DNA from: a candidate division FCPU426 bacterium
GTDB lineage: Bacteria; Oederibacteriota; Muellerivitia; Muellerivitales; Muellerivitaceae
DNA length: 64,000 nt
NCBI GenBank assembly: GCA_963796105.1
Contig: CAWCKJ010000003.1
Location: 352,001-416,000, forward strand
Direction of reading: 5' to 3'
The notes under the pieces were generated by a model, which was given only the letters and a program-made list of their open reading frames with translations, was not told the DNA's origin and did no database searches. Numbering within the stretch: the stretch's first letter is position 1; each line of letters starts with the position of its first letter. A program made the position numbers and the translations under genes. This document shows positions 19,123-28,590 of the stretch, piece by piece.

Positions 19123-20697
19123 TTATTCGTTCCGGCGTCTTAAAACCTTACCCGGAAATCTACCCGTAAATGCGCCTTTTTCAAAAACTGGTTGTCCATT
19201 CACCAGGACCATATTGATGCCTTTGGGAGGTTCCCAAGGGGAAACAGCTGTCGCCTTGTCCCCGATGGTGTTGTAATTAAACACCACAATATCGCCCCAA
19301 TATCCCTCTTGAATTATCCCCCGGTCGCTCAGTCCCAATAGTTTTGCCGGTTCCTGGGTGAGACGATTGATAGCCTCAGAAAGCCGAATAATCCTCTTGG
19401 CCCTGACATAGGTTCCCAAAAGCCTTGGAAAGGAACCCACATCCCTGGGATGAGGAATCGATCCGGAGGAATCAGACCCAAAAAGGATATAGGGTGACTG
19501 GATTTTCTTGATGAGACCCTCTTCTGAAAGTCCATGGTAGCAAATTTTAACGTCGGGACCGTTTTCCAGAAGCAACGCCAATACGGCGCGCTCCTCGGTC
19601 AGTTTCCGTTGTTTAGCCAATTCCTTAAGCGTCAAACCAAGGGCGCTTTGGGAATCCCGAGCGTAAACGCGCGTAATCTCGATTTTATCCCCTCCGCCGT
19701 ATTCCAGGAGGCGCCGGCGGATAGAAGCTAAAACATCCTCGGTCTTGGCCTGGTAAAGATAGTAATCCCACCGGGTGGCTTCTTGTGGGAGGTAAAGAAA
19801 CTGGTAAAGCGGAATTTGAACCTCGTTGCCCCAAAAATCATAGGGATAAACCGTCGCGAAAACGTCATAACCCTCCCCCCTTGCGTCTTCAATCAATTTT
19901 AAACCACTCTCCGTTTGATCCCAGTTGCTCGGTAGCTTGAATAACAAATGCTGGATCACGACGGGAATTTGATCCGTTTTGGCCACATGGATGGCTTCCC
20001 GGATGGCTTCCAAGACATTGGATCGATAGTTCCGGATATGGGTGTAATAGACGGAATGGGGGTAATGGGACAGGATCGAGGTCAATTGTTCCAATTCGGA
20101 GGGCTGGCACCACAACCCCGGCTCGTAGCCTAAACCGCTTGAGAGCCCGAAAGCGCCCGCTTGGAGGGCCCCCTCCACAAAACTTTTCATTCGGCGCATG
20201 TCAGCGGCGCCGGCAGGTTTTTCCCGTTTTTTCCGGATGAACCAATCCCTCACGCTTCCCTGCCCGATGAGGGTTCCAACGTTTAAGAGTCCCCTGTGCT
20301 TTTCGAGTTTTTTCAGGTTTTTTTGGACGTCCAAAATGGAAAATCCGCAATTCCCAGCGAGCCCGGAAGTCACCCCCTCCCTTATGGCGTTTTCCTGCTC
20401 TTGAAGGGTCCAAAGCAGGTCATTGTGGCAGAGTATGTCAATGAACCCGGGGGCGACCACCAGCCCTTCCACATTCACCGAACGTTCGGCCTCATACGAG
20501 CCTAGATCGCCGATTTTTGAAATTTTCCCGTCCGATATCCCCACATCCGCCTTAAAGGGCGGTTTTCCTGTTCCGTCCACCACCAGCCCGTTTTTCAGGA
20601 CCAAATCAAAATGTGGATTTTCGGCCCCGGCTGGGAAAAAACAAAGCACGAGGGTTATATTTAAGTAAATTATGAAATTTTTCAAAACCAACCTCAT
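19123..20697 (-). CDS. D-aminoacylase / N-acyl-D-amino-acid deacylase family amidohydrolase
   Basis: DLVLKNGLVVDGTG, APGFID, GNCG, FGLSSGLGYEPG, HIRN, GSD, PHPR..GSFPRLLG, RGIIQEGYWGDIVVF; ATG 20697 is preferred and a signal peptide is possible. Confidence 0.88.
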   Translation of the reverse strand: MRLVLKNFIIYLNITLVLCFFPAGAENPHFDLVLKNGLVVDGTGKPPFKADVGISDGKISKIGDLGSYEAERSVNVEGLVVAPGFIDILCHNDLLWTLQEQENAIREGVTSGLAGNCGFSILDVQKNLKKLEKHRGLLNVGTLIGQGSVRDWFIRKKREKPAGAADMRRMKSFVEGALQAGAFGLSSGLGYEPGLWCQPSELEQLTSILSHYPHSVYYTHIRNYRSNVLEAIREAIHVAKTDQIPVVIQHLLFKLPSNWDQTESGLKLIEDARGEGYDVFATVYPYDFWGNEVQIPLYQFLYLPQEATRWDYYLYQAKTEDVLASIRRRLLEYGGGDKIEITRVYARDSQSALGLTLKELAKQRKLTEERAVLALLLENGPDVKICYHGLSEEGLIKKIQSPYILFGSDSSGSIPHPRDVGSFPRLLGTYVRAKRIIRLSEAINRLTQEPAKLLGLSDRGIIQEGYWGDIVVFNYNTIGDKATAVSPWEPPKGINMVLVNGQPVFEKGAFTGRFPGKVLRRRNE

Positions 20698-20771
20698 GAT
20701 TGATTTGGCCTCGAAAGTATAAATTCGCGGGCCTTCCACTTCAATAAAACCGGGTGGATGGAAACCTTGAT

Positions 20772-22229
20772 TTATCCTTTTTTAAGAACCGAAAGGAAAC
20801 CCCCGTCATGGGTCCGGGTGGGCCAAAAGACCAAGCCGTCCTCGCAGGACGAAATCCCGTTTGGCTCCGCCGGGGTATTTAAAGCAAGAGCCTGGTATTC
20901 GGGATGGCATTTCCGGAATGCCCCGATCACTTCCTGGTTTTCCTCGTTTTCCAATGAACAGGTGCTGTAAGCCAGGAGTCCCTTTGGATAAAGGTGTTCC
21001 TGGACCTGTTCCAGAAGCCTCGTTTGCTGGGGAGCCTGTTCCAGGATGTCTTTGGGCCTCAAACGCCAGCGGAGGTCGGCCCTTCGGGATAAGACCCCGG
21101 TCCCGCTGCAGGGGGCATCCACCCAAATCAGGTCGAATTTTTGGGACGGTGAAAGTTTTTCAGCGGCCCCCTCATGAATGAAAATCTGCCTTAAGCCCAC
21201 CCTTTTCAGATTTTCCGAAAGAAGTTTTAAACGCACAGGGGAAGGCTCGCTGGCTAGGATTTGCCCCTTCTCCCCCGCCTTCCAGGCCAAACTGATGGTC
21301 TTTCCGCCGGGAGCCGCGCAGACATCCCAAACCTTCATGCCGGAAGACAGGGGGACCATCTCCAGCATGGCCTGCGGGACCCAGTCCTGGATGATCCATT
21401 CCCCCTTTTGGAAGCTTGTTCCTGAAAACAACCCTCCCTCATGTTCCTTCAAAACAAGCGCCTGGGGAGGCCAATCCATCGGGGCCACATTTGTTTTTTT
21501 GGCCCGCAAGTCCGCAATGACATTTTCCCTAGTCCCCGGTTTGGTGTGGAAATAAACGGGGTGGGGGTGGTTGTCCGCCTCCAATACCTCCTCCAGTTTC
21601 CCGCGGTCCAATTTCTCGGCCCACTTTTTCACAAGCCAAGTGGGGTGGGAATACCTCAAGGATAAAGTGTCCAATTCGCTGTCGCCCTGGATGGCAAAAT
21701 CCTTCCCCTTGGTTTCAGCGGCGCGCAAGACCGCGTTCACAAAACCGCTCAGGGCCGCGTGCTCATGGACCTTCACCAGGTTCACGGACTCGTGAACGGC
21801 GGCCCAGGCCGGCACCCGGTCCAGGAACATCAGCTGGTACAATCCCATCCGCAGTGAAACCCTCACCTCCACCGGGAGTTTCGCAAAAGGCGACTGGCAA
21901 AGTTGGCCCAAATGGTAATCCAAAAGCCGCGTCTGCCGGGTGACGCCGTAGACCAACTCCCTCATCAAAGCCGTGTCCTCGGGCTTCAGGTTCAATTGGC
22001 TTTCAAGGACATCGGAGACTTTCGCGCCCTTATCGATTTTTGAGAGGGCCTTAGCCGCCTCTAATCGCGACGGCGAGATTTCTATTTTCCCCCCCGCGCG
22101 GGATTGAGAAGGGCGCCTGGCGAATTTTTGATCCTGGCCGCGGGAGGCCTTCTTTTGAAAAGGCCGGTTGGGGGGGCGCCCATATCGGGGTTTTGGACTT
22201 CCGGTTGGGTTTTTGGGGGGCTCGGTCAT
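20772..22229 (-). CDS. rsmB: 16S rRNA m5C967 methyltransferase RsmB/Sun
   Basis: NusB-like N-domain, SHPTWLV, DVCAAPGGKT, DAPCSGTG, YSTCSL; follows fmt. Confidence 0.95.
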   Translation of the reverse strand: MTEPPKNPTGSPKPRYGRPPNRPFQKKASRGQDQKFARRPSQSRAGGKIEISPSRLEAAKALSKIDKGAKVSDVLESQLNLKPEDTALMRELVYGVTRQTRLLDYHLGQLCQSPFAKLPVEVRVSLRMGLYQLMFLDRVPAWAAVHESVNLVKVHEHAALSGFVNAVLRAAETKGKDFAIQGDSELDTLSLRYSHPTWLVKKWAEKLDRGKLEEVLEADNHPHPVYFHTKPGTRENVIADLRAKKTNVAPMDWPPQALVLKEHEGGLFSGTSFQKGEWIIQDWVPQAMLEMVPLSSGMKVWDVCAAPGGKTISLAWKAGEKGQILASEPSPVRLKLLSENLKRVGLRQIFIHEGAAEKLSPSQKFDLIWVDAPCSGTGVLSRRADLRWRLRPKDILEQAPQQTRLLEQVQEHLYPKGLLAYSTCSLENEENQEVIGAFRKCHPEYQALALNTPAEPNGISSCEDGLVFWPTRTHDGGFLSVLKKG

Positions 22230-23173
22230 GAAAGAATTTCGCCAGGCTTGAAGTCGGGATGTCCCAGGGTGAAATCAAAAGCGCTCATTTTACGCTTTCC
22301 CGGGGGCTGGATGTCGCGGATCAAGACTTTTCCCTTGCCGGCGGAGATCTCGATCCCCTCATGGCTGACCCTTAAAACCTCTCCCGGCATTTTCCCGGCG
22401 GGCTTCCCCTCCGCGTCCGAGGCGGAATGCACCCTTAATTGCGTTTCCCTCCATTGGGTCTCAGCCACGGGCCAGGGTGAAAGGCCCCGGATCTTGTTCA
22501 CGATCTCCGCGGAGGATGAATCCCACTTGATCCTGCACTGTTCCCGCTTGAGGCTGGGCGCGTAGCTGGCTTTCGAATGATCCTGCGGAATTCTAGGGGC
22601 CTTACCCTGGCCCAAAAGCGCCAGCGCCTCTTGCAGGCCTTCCGCTCCCAAAAGGGCCAAACGGTCATGAACCTCCCCGGTCGTCTCCTCGGGGCCAATC
22701 CCTGTTTTCCTCGTCAAAAGGATATCCCCCTCATCCATTTTTTCGTTCATGTACATAATGGTGACGCCTGTTTCCTTCTCCCCCACCATGACGGCGTAAT
22801 GAATGGGGGCCGCCCCCCGGTATTGGGGCAAGATCGAGCCGTGGACGTTCAAACAAGCGACCCTTGGAATTCGCAAGACCGCCTGGGGCAAAATTTGGCC
22901 GTAAGCCGCCACGACGGTAAAGTCGGGTTGGACAACCCGCAGGGTTTCGATGGATTCAGGAAACTTGATTTTCTCCGGCTGAAAAACGCTCAAGCCCAAA
23001 CCCTGGGCGGCCTCCTTGACGGGGGAGGTTTTTAACTCCAATCCCCTCCCCGCGGGACGGTCCGGTTGAGTGACCACCAATGGGATTTCATATCCAATCC
23101 TGTGAAGCGTTTGAAGGGCTGGTACCGCGAAATCGGATGTGCCCAAGAATAAAATTCGACCAAGTGATGTCAT
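22226..23173 (-). CDS. fmt: Methionyl-tRNA formyltransferase
   Basis: FLGTSDFA, VVTQPDRPAGRG, VAAYGQIL, NVHGSILPQYRGAAPI. Confidence 0.98.
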   Translation of the reverse strand: MTSLGRILFLGTSDFAVPALQTLHRIGYEIPLVVTQPDRPAGRGLELKTSPVKEAAQGLGLSVFQPEKIKFPESIETLRVVQPDFTVVAAYGQILPQAVLRIPRVACLNVHGSILPQYRGAAPIHYAVMVGEKETGVTIMYMNEKMDEGDILLTRKTGIGPEETTGEVHDRLALLGAEGLQEALALLGQGKAPRIPQDHSKASYAPSLKREQCRIKWDSSSAEIVNKIRGLSPWPVAETQWRETQLRVHSASDAEGKPAGKMPGEVLRVSHEGIEISAGKGKVLIRDIQPPGKRKMSAFDFTLGHPDFKPGEILS

Positions 23174-23283
23174 ATTGAACCCTGACCCAGAATGAACGGC
23201 GGATGATTCGCGAGGAGGATATTAAAACATGGAAATGCTTTTTTTTCAGGGTTGTTTATCGGGGCGGCGGGAAAAATGGCTGG

Positions 23284-23808
23284 TTACAAACTCACTGTTT
23301 CCTTGTAATTCCTCTTGAGCTGATCCAGCTGTTTTTTAAGGAACAGGCGCTTGATGGCGGGTATTTTCTGGATGAAAAGCCTGCCGTCCATATGGTCGAT
23401 TTCGTGGAGGACACAACGGGCCAGGAGACCCTGGAACTCGTAAGTTTGCCAGGAACCATCCAAAGTTTGGCCCTTTACTTGAACCTTCAATGATCTTTCC
23501 ACTTCCTCCCGGATATCCGGGATGGACAAGCACCCTTCCTCGATGGTCTCGGAACCTTCCTCGGACAACACCTCCGGATTGCATAGGACGAGGGATTCCC
23601 CTCGGTCTTCCAACTCGTAATGCGCATCCATTACCATCATTCGGATGAGTTCACCGACCTGGACCGCCGCCAGGCCGATCCCATTTGCTTGCCGCATGGT
23701 TTCAGTCATATCCCGAGCTAATTCCCTCAACTCAGAGCCGAAAACCGTAACGGGCTGGCTCATGTTTTTGAGGACCGGATTCGGGTAAATGACGATGGGA
23801 CGGATCAA
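23284..23808 (-). CDS. def: Peptide deformylase
   Basis: GIGLAAVQVG, EGCLSIP, LHEIDHMDG. Confidence 0.98.
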   Translation of the reverse strand: MIRPIVIYPNPVLKNMSQPVTVFGSELRELARDMTETMRQANGIGLAAVQVGELIRMMVMDAHYELEDRGESLVLCNPEVLSEEGSETIEEGCLSIPDIREEVERSLKVQVKGQTLDGSWQTYEFQGLLARCVLHEIDHMDGRLFIQKIPAIKRLFLKKQLDQLKRNYKETVSL

Positions 23809-23907
23809 TTTCGCCTCTTCAATTTCATGATGATTTAAAAATTATAAGGAAAAAACATCTTGAAACTCAAGGGGTTTGGAAAAACCGGTCGCATGGCGAA
23901 TGACGGC

Positions 23908-24561
23908 TTATTCAAGCGGGAACGCCGTCATCCTTTTCTTTAATTCAGCCGCCGCAAGGCGAGGGTTATCCGCGTCGCAAATCGCCCGAACCACCGCGAT
24001 CCTCCGGCACCCGGCCCCAAGCACCTCGTCGAGATTGGTCAAATCGATTCCGCCTATGGCGAAGAACGGGAGGGAGGTCCTCATGGAGGCCAATTGCCGG
24101 ATATATTCCACGGAAACGGCCTTTCCTTCAGGCTTGGTCGGCGTGGCGTAAATGGGGCCCACCCCGATGTAATCAGCCCCGTGAGCCGTGGCCATACAGG
24201 CCTGGTCTGGGGCATGGGTGGAAACACCGACCAGTTTGCCGGGTCCAAGGATTTTGCGGGCGTCCAGGACCGATAAATCCTCCTGTCCGAGATGGACCCC
24301 ATCCGCGTCCGAAAGCGCCGCTATTTCAGGCCGGTTGTTCACTATGAAAAGCGCGCCGTATTGACGGGTAATTTCCCGGAATTCATGGGCCATCTTCAGG
24401 AGAACCGCGTCCTTGACGGAATAATCCCTCAGTTGCACGATATCCACGCCTCCCATTAAGGCCTCTTCCACCAAACGGTAAGCGGTCCCTTCGCCGGATG
24501 AAATCCCGCCCGCGACTAGGAACAAGCGCGCTTTCGCGAGGGCCTTCGCCGGATCGCTCAT
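23908..24561 (-). CDS. thiE: Thiamine-phosphate synthase
   Basis: DIVQLR, FIVNNR, ADGVHLGQED, GVSTH, DYIGVGPIYATPTK, FAIGGI. Confidence 0.95.
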   Translation of the reverse strand: MSDPAKALAKARLFLVAGGISSGEGTAYRLVEEALMGGVDIVQLRDYSVKDAVLLKMAHEFREITRQYGALFIVNNRPEIAALSDADGVHLGQEDLSVLDARKILGPGKLVGVSTHAPDQACMATAHGADYIGVGPIYATPTKPEGKAVSVEYIRQLASMRTSLPFFAIGGIDLTNLDEVLGAGCRRIAVVRAICDADNPRLAAAELKKRMTAFPLE

Positions 24562-24686
24562 GTTGTTGCTCCTTAGTCGCCAAACTTAAAGTGATGGATG
24601 AGCGACATAACAGCTCATCGACCCTTGTGGTTTAAGTTGTTGAATGGCGGGTCGGTTATTCCCGGATCAATTGTTCGGGAATTTCA

Positions 24687-25100
24687 CTACCGCCCTTTGA
24701 GATGACGGAGGGTTTCTTGGAGGATGCTTTCCAGCTCTTTTTCCTCGGGGGTCATCGGCAGGTTCAACATCCTGTTTAAGGCGAGCCGCAGGATCGGGCT
24801 TCTTCTCAAGTGCTTATTATGCGATAGGAGCTTTTCCAGGACTTTCAATTGATGAAATGTCAGCCTGACAGCCTTGGTTTTCCCCTCAATCGGGCGTGGT
24901 TGATGGAATTCCGCGGCCTTGGCGGCAGGCTCAACCGGAACTTCAACCTTTTCCAATTTCGGCTCAACCGCGCTTATCTCGGCTTTTGTTTCAACAGGGT
25001 CTGTTTCCGGGGAGGGCTCGGAAGGATTTTGGCTCCGCAGGGATTGCAGTCTCCTGATTTGTCTTTCTGCAAGGGTCAATGGCTTTTCTGGTTCGTTCAA
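24687..25100 (-). CDS. Hypothetical protein, disordered N-half and possible C-terminal ribbon-helix-helix
   Basis: AGAGG RBS and TTG start; KTKAVRLT-helix-RSPILRLALNRML pattern. Confidence 0.55.
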   Translation of the reverse strand: MNEPEKPLTLAERQIRRLQSLRSQNPSEPSPETDPVETKAEISAVEPKLEKVEVPVEPAAKAAEFHQPRPIEGKTKAVRLTFHQLKVLEKLLSHNKHLRRSPILRLALNRMLNLPMTPEEKELESILQETLRHLKGR

Positions 25101-25163
25101 GTGGATCGCCTCTCTGGTTTAATGATTTTAATGTTCTAGAATTCAACCGTTAGGGTCGAAACC

Positions 25164-26111
25164 CTATCGTTTGTTCAAAAGGACATCGGGTCGTCCGAAT
25201 ACAATTCCCTTCTCGATGGTCACGCGGGGCCATTTTCTCTCAATCCATGGCCCGATGAAATAACAGCATAAACCTACCCCCAAACCAGCCAGGACATCAA
25301 CGAAATAATGGTACCTTCCGTATATGGTCCCAAAAAACAGGGAAAGAATCATCAAGAAGACGAAAAACCGCCATTTTTTCAAATAAGGAAAGGCCATGCA
25401 GCAAATGATGGACGCAGCGATATGGGAACTGGGAAAGGACCCTCCTGGAAAGGCGTTGTTTTCCATGGTCATTTGAAGCCAATCGGAAATCCAATAGCCC
25501 TTAAGGGATTCCCTGAGGCCCGGCATGTAAAACCGGGGGCTCTCGGCCGGGAGGAGGATAAATAAAAAATAATGCAAAAAATAGGTGAAGCACAGGGTAA
25601 ACATGAATGCCCTGAAAACACTCCTGGGCGCTTTTAAATAAATCACGATGGAGGAAAGCGGCAGCAGGATGAAATAAAAACTGTAACCCATGCTGAAAAT
25701 CTCGTTCATAAGCCGATAGGGGGAATAAAACTGCTGGAAATTCCAAATCGAGGGTCCGATTCGGCCCAGTTGGTAATCCCACTTGACGAGCCTCTCATCC
25801 AGCGTCCAATCGAAATAAAGGTGAATCAAATTGCCCATTTCGCGGTAGAAATAAATGATGAGAACCAGGGGATAAACATGCCGTAAAAATTGGGTGACCG
25901 GCTCCTGGGTGTTCCGGAGGGCCCAAAGGGCGCCGATCAGAAACAGGGAAAACAAGACATGATAGCTGATGAGCCGGCTCTTGAGCTCCGTGGATAGGTT
26001 GCCCCCCGCGATCAGGATCGAAAGGACGATTTGATAAACCAGGATCAAGGAATCGACCGAGTTGATCCATGTTTCCTCCTGCCTGGGGTTGTGACGCGTT
26101 TTGGGGTTCAT
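25164..26111 (-). CDS. PAP2-superfamily membrane protein (Aur1/IPC-synthase-like)
   Basis: PAESPR, SFPSSH, GRYHYFVDVLAG; multiple TM helices. Confidence 0.88.
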   Translation of the reverse strand: MNPKTRHNPRQEETWINSVDSLILVYQIVLSILIAGGNLSTELKSRLISYHVLFSLFLIGALWALRNTQEPVTQFLRHVYPLVLIIYFYREMGNLIHLYFDWTLDERLVKWDYQLGRIGPSIWNFQQFYSPYRLMNEIFSMGYSFYFILLPLSSIVIYLKAPRSVFRAFMFTLCFTYFLHYFLFILLPAESPRFYMPGLRESLKGYWISDWLQMTMENNAFPGGSFPSSHIAASIICCMAFPYLKKWRFFVFLMILSLFFGTIYGRYHYFVDVLAGLGVGLCCYFIGPWIERKWPRVTIEKGIVFGRPDVLLNKR

Positions 26112-28519
26112 GGTTTCAAGACCGTTTTTTGGTAAGGAAGACCCTCTTTGGCCATTTTAGAGGTATAGAGCAGCGCCTCGCCGGGGCTATGGTCGGCGTG
26201 CAGGGTCAGGCAGGAAACGCTGTAGTAAGGAACCTCATAGTCGAAGTCCCGGCTCATGCCCGCCTCAACCACCACGTCGGATTCCTCCCCGTTCAAGGAT
26301 ATTCGCGGATGGCAATAACGGTCCCCCTCGTTGATCAACACCAATACCACATCCCGATTCTCGGGATCCTGGCGGGCGTAAACCGTGAGATCCCTCATTT
26401 GGGTTTGCGCCTGGACCGCCCGGCCTTTAAACTTCTCCGCGATCATTTTCAGGACCCAATAGGCGGAATGGGGCCCCTTTTCAGAGATATATTCCAGTCC
26501 ATCCCTTCCCCAAAAATGAGTGAATATACCGAAGTTAAAGCCTTCCCCCGAAATCAGCCCCATTTCATTGGCCTCCCAAAGGCCGGCCCAAATTCCCCTG
26601 GGATCGACGGCATCCTTCTGGACGCTGGTCACTCCCGCTGAGCATAAATTGCCCCCCGTGACCAGGACCGGGACATATACGTCGGTGTTTTCATAAACAA
26701 CATCCCTTAACTCCCTCAGCAGGATCGGTTCCGCCCTTAAAAGCCCCCTGAGTTTTCTCAGGGAAAGATCGGCCCCATCAGTGATTCCAAACCTGTGGAG
26801 GGAAACCATATCGATAATGTCTCCGTTGTACTTTAAGAACGGCCTCAGCCAATCCCCCTGGGAGGCGCTGTATTTAAAAGCCAACTCCGGTCCCAGCACG
26901 TAGAGGGTGGGGTCCTGGAGTTTCATGGCATTGTAATCGGCCCGGAAATCATTGATGTAATCGTAAGCCGAGTAATTTTCATACGCCGGATTTATGCTTT
27001 TGCTTTCATACAAGTCCGGCTCATCGCCGACGGTCCAATACTTGACGTTGAGTTTTTTTTCGATATTGCAGTACCTCACCCAATCCGCCGCCTCTTCGGG
27101 AAAGCCAGCCCGGACTTGCAGGATGGGTTCGACCCCGGTGCCGCGGGCAAAAAGGACGAATTTCTCCAATGCCTGGCGTTTCTGTTCCGGGGTTCCGCCG
27201 GAAGATTCCATTCCTTCCAGCCGCAGAATTTTGATCCCCGAGGTCTTGATCCAATCGCTCATGGCCTTTGGGTTTTGATCAAGCCACTCCTGGCTAGTGG
27301 ATGATAGGTTCAACCCGTAATAGGTCGGAACCGCCGCCCCTTTTTTGGGAAGCATATCCTCCGGCAGGCGTGAAAGCATGAGGGTGGCGGGTTTGCTTTT
27401 GGCGGGCCGGGGGCAGAGCGAACAGGCAAATCCGTTTTTCCTCGCGTAGATTACGGTCAAGTCATAAAGCCGGATGCCCTCCAATTCAAAAGCGCCGTTG
27501 GAGTCCGTGACCGTTTCCTTGGTGCGTGGCCAGGTCGTCACTTTGGCGCCGGAGACGGGCTTTCCAAGGCTGTCCAAAGCGAGGCCGGTGACCTTCTTGA
27601 CGCCCAGGTAAGTCGCGTCCGCGGTCCCGTCCTTGACAGACCCGGAATTGGGATCAGCGTTTTCGCTGGCCGGAATGGAGGCCTTGGCCTGGCTGGCCCA
27701 CTCCACTGCGGGCCAAAGAATCGGTTTTTCCCAGCTATCCGGGTCCCCGGTCAGGTCAAGCTGGACGCAGCGGTCCCCGTTGACCCCCCCCTCGTTCAGG
27801 ACCAGGTTAATGGCCGATTTCTTGCCGGGTCCCAATTTCATGCCCTCAAAAAAAGCCCAGGGGATTCCCGCCTCCAGGATATAACCCGATTTGGTCAAAC
27901 GGGAGATGACCCGCCCCCCGGCGATCTCCTTATCCAGGTTCAGGCAGTAAATCCTCGGATTTTTGCAGTCCGTTCCCGGGGAAATGGCGATCCGAAAGTC
28001 GCCGCGGGATAGTTTTTGCCTGTCCTGGACGCCCGCGTCCGTCGAGATGTAAAACTCCAGGCAATCCCCGTTCCAGAGGGAAAGCCCGCTTCCCTGGTTG
28101 ACGACATGGATGGTCGTGGAGGCGGTCGGGGACACGGCTTGTCCGGGGTAGGCGTCCTCCAAAGGCAAATATGGGTTTCCCCCCGGTTTTTGGACGATAG
28201 CGGCGATGTAGAGAAATTGTTCGTTGTAAGTCAAAAAGACCCTGCCGCTGAAATCATCCTCCCCCTTCCAAAAGGCTTTTCCCTCGGTGACTTGGGACCG
28301 TTGGTCCAAGAGGACCATCCTGGCGTTGGGCCACTCGATGAGATGTCCGTCCACCCGGATGGGAAGCGGGGTTCCATCGATGGTCAGGGGTGTGGGCTGG
28401 GGGGTCTGGGCTCGAATGGGCCCGCAGAGAAAGAGGAAAAACAATGAGAAGGCAAATCCCCGCAAGACTGGAATCGCGGTTCGGAGGGAGTTTAGGGAGA
28501 AGTCGGTCATAAATTTCAT
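26108..28519 (-). CDS. Secreted CBM9-like + carboxypeptidase-regulatory-like + clan GH-A-like (GH44/51/79-type) protein
   Basis: Signal peptide; IRVDGHLIEW...LYIAA...WNGDCLEF...GYILEAGIPW (CBM9-like); GKPVSGAKV..TDSNGAF; EAADWVRYCN...KYWTVGDEPD...AMKLQDP...GPE. Confidence 0.72.
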   Translation of the reverse strand: MKFMTDFSLNSLRTAIPVLRGFAFSLFFLFLCGPIRAQTPQPTPLTIDGTPLPIRVDGHLIEWPNARMVLLDQRSQVTEGKAFWKGEDDFSGRVFLTYNEQFLYIAAIVQKPGGNPYLPLEDAYPGQAVSPTASTTIHVVNQGSGLSLWNGDCLEFYISTDAGVQDRQKLSRGDFRIAISPGTDCKNPRIYCLNLDKEIAGGRVISRLTKSGYILEAGIPWAFFEGMKLGPGKKSAINLVLNEGGVNGDRCVQLDLTGDPDSWEKPILWPAVEWASQAKASIPASENADPNSGSVKDGTADATYLGVKKVTGLALDSLGKPVSGAKVTTWPRTKETVTDSNGAFELEGIRLYDLTVIYARKNGFACSLCPRPAKSKPATLMLSRLPEDMLPKKGAAVPTYYGLNLSSTSQEWLDQNPKAMSDWIKTSGIKILRLEGMESSGGTPEQKRQALEKFVLFARGTGVEPILQVRAGFPEEAADWVRYCNIEKKLNVKYWTVGDEPDLYESKSINPAYENYSAYDYINDFRADYNAMKLQDPTLYVLGPELAFKYSASQGDWLRPFLKYNGDIIDMVSLHRFGITDGADLSLRKLRGLLRAEPILLRELRDVVYENTDVYVPVLVTGGNLCSAGVTSVQKDAVDPRGIWAGLWEANEMGLISGEGFNFGIFTHFWGRDGLEYISEKGPHSAYWVLKMIAEKFKGRAVQAQTQMRDLTVYARQDPENRDVVLVLINEGDRYCHPRISLNGEESDVVVEAGMSRDFDYEVPYYSVSCLTLHADHSPGEALLYTSKMAKEGLPYQKTVLKP

Positions 28520-28590
28520 TCTTTTAAGACGTCATCGCGGTTGGCTACGTGTTGCTGGAAATTTTCAAGTTCAGAATGCCCCCATGGGGT

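Noticed and set aside
24562..24686. TPP riboswitch upstream of thiE
   Set aside because: Several hairpins are present, but the conserved CUGAGA and ACCUGAU...GGGA elements are absent on the minus strand
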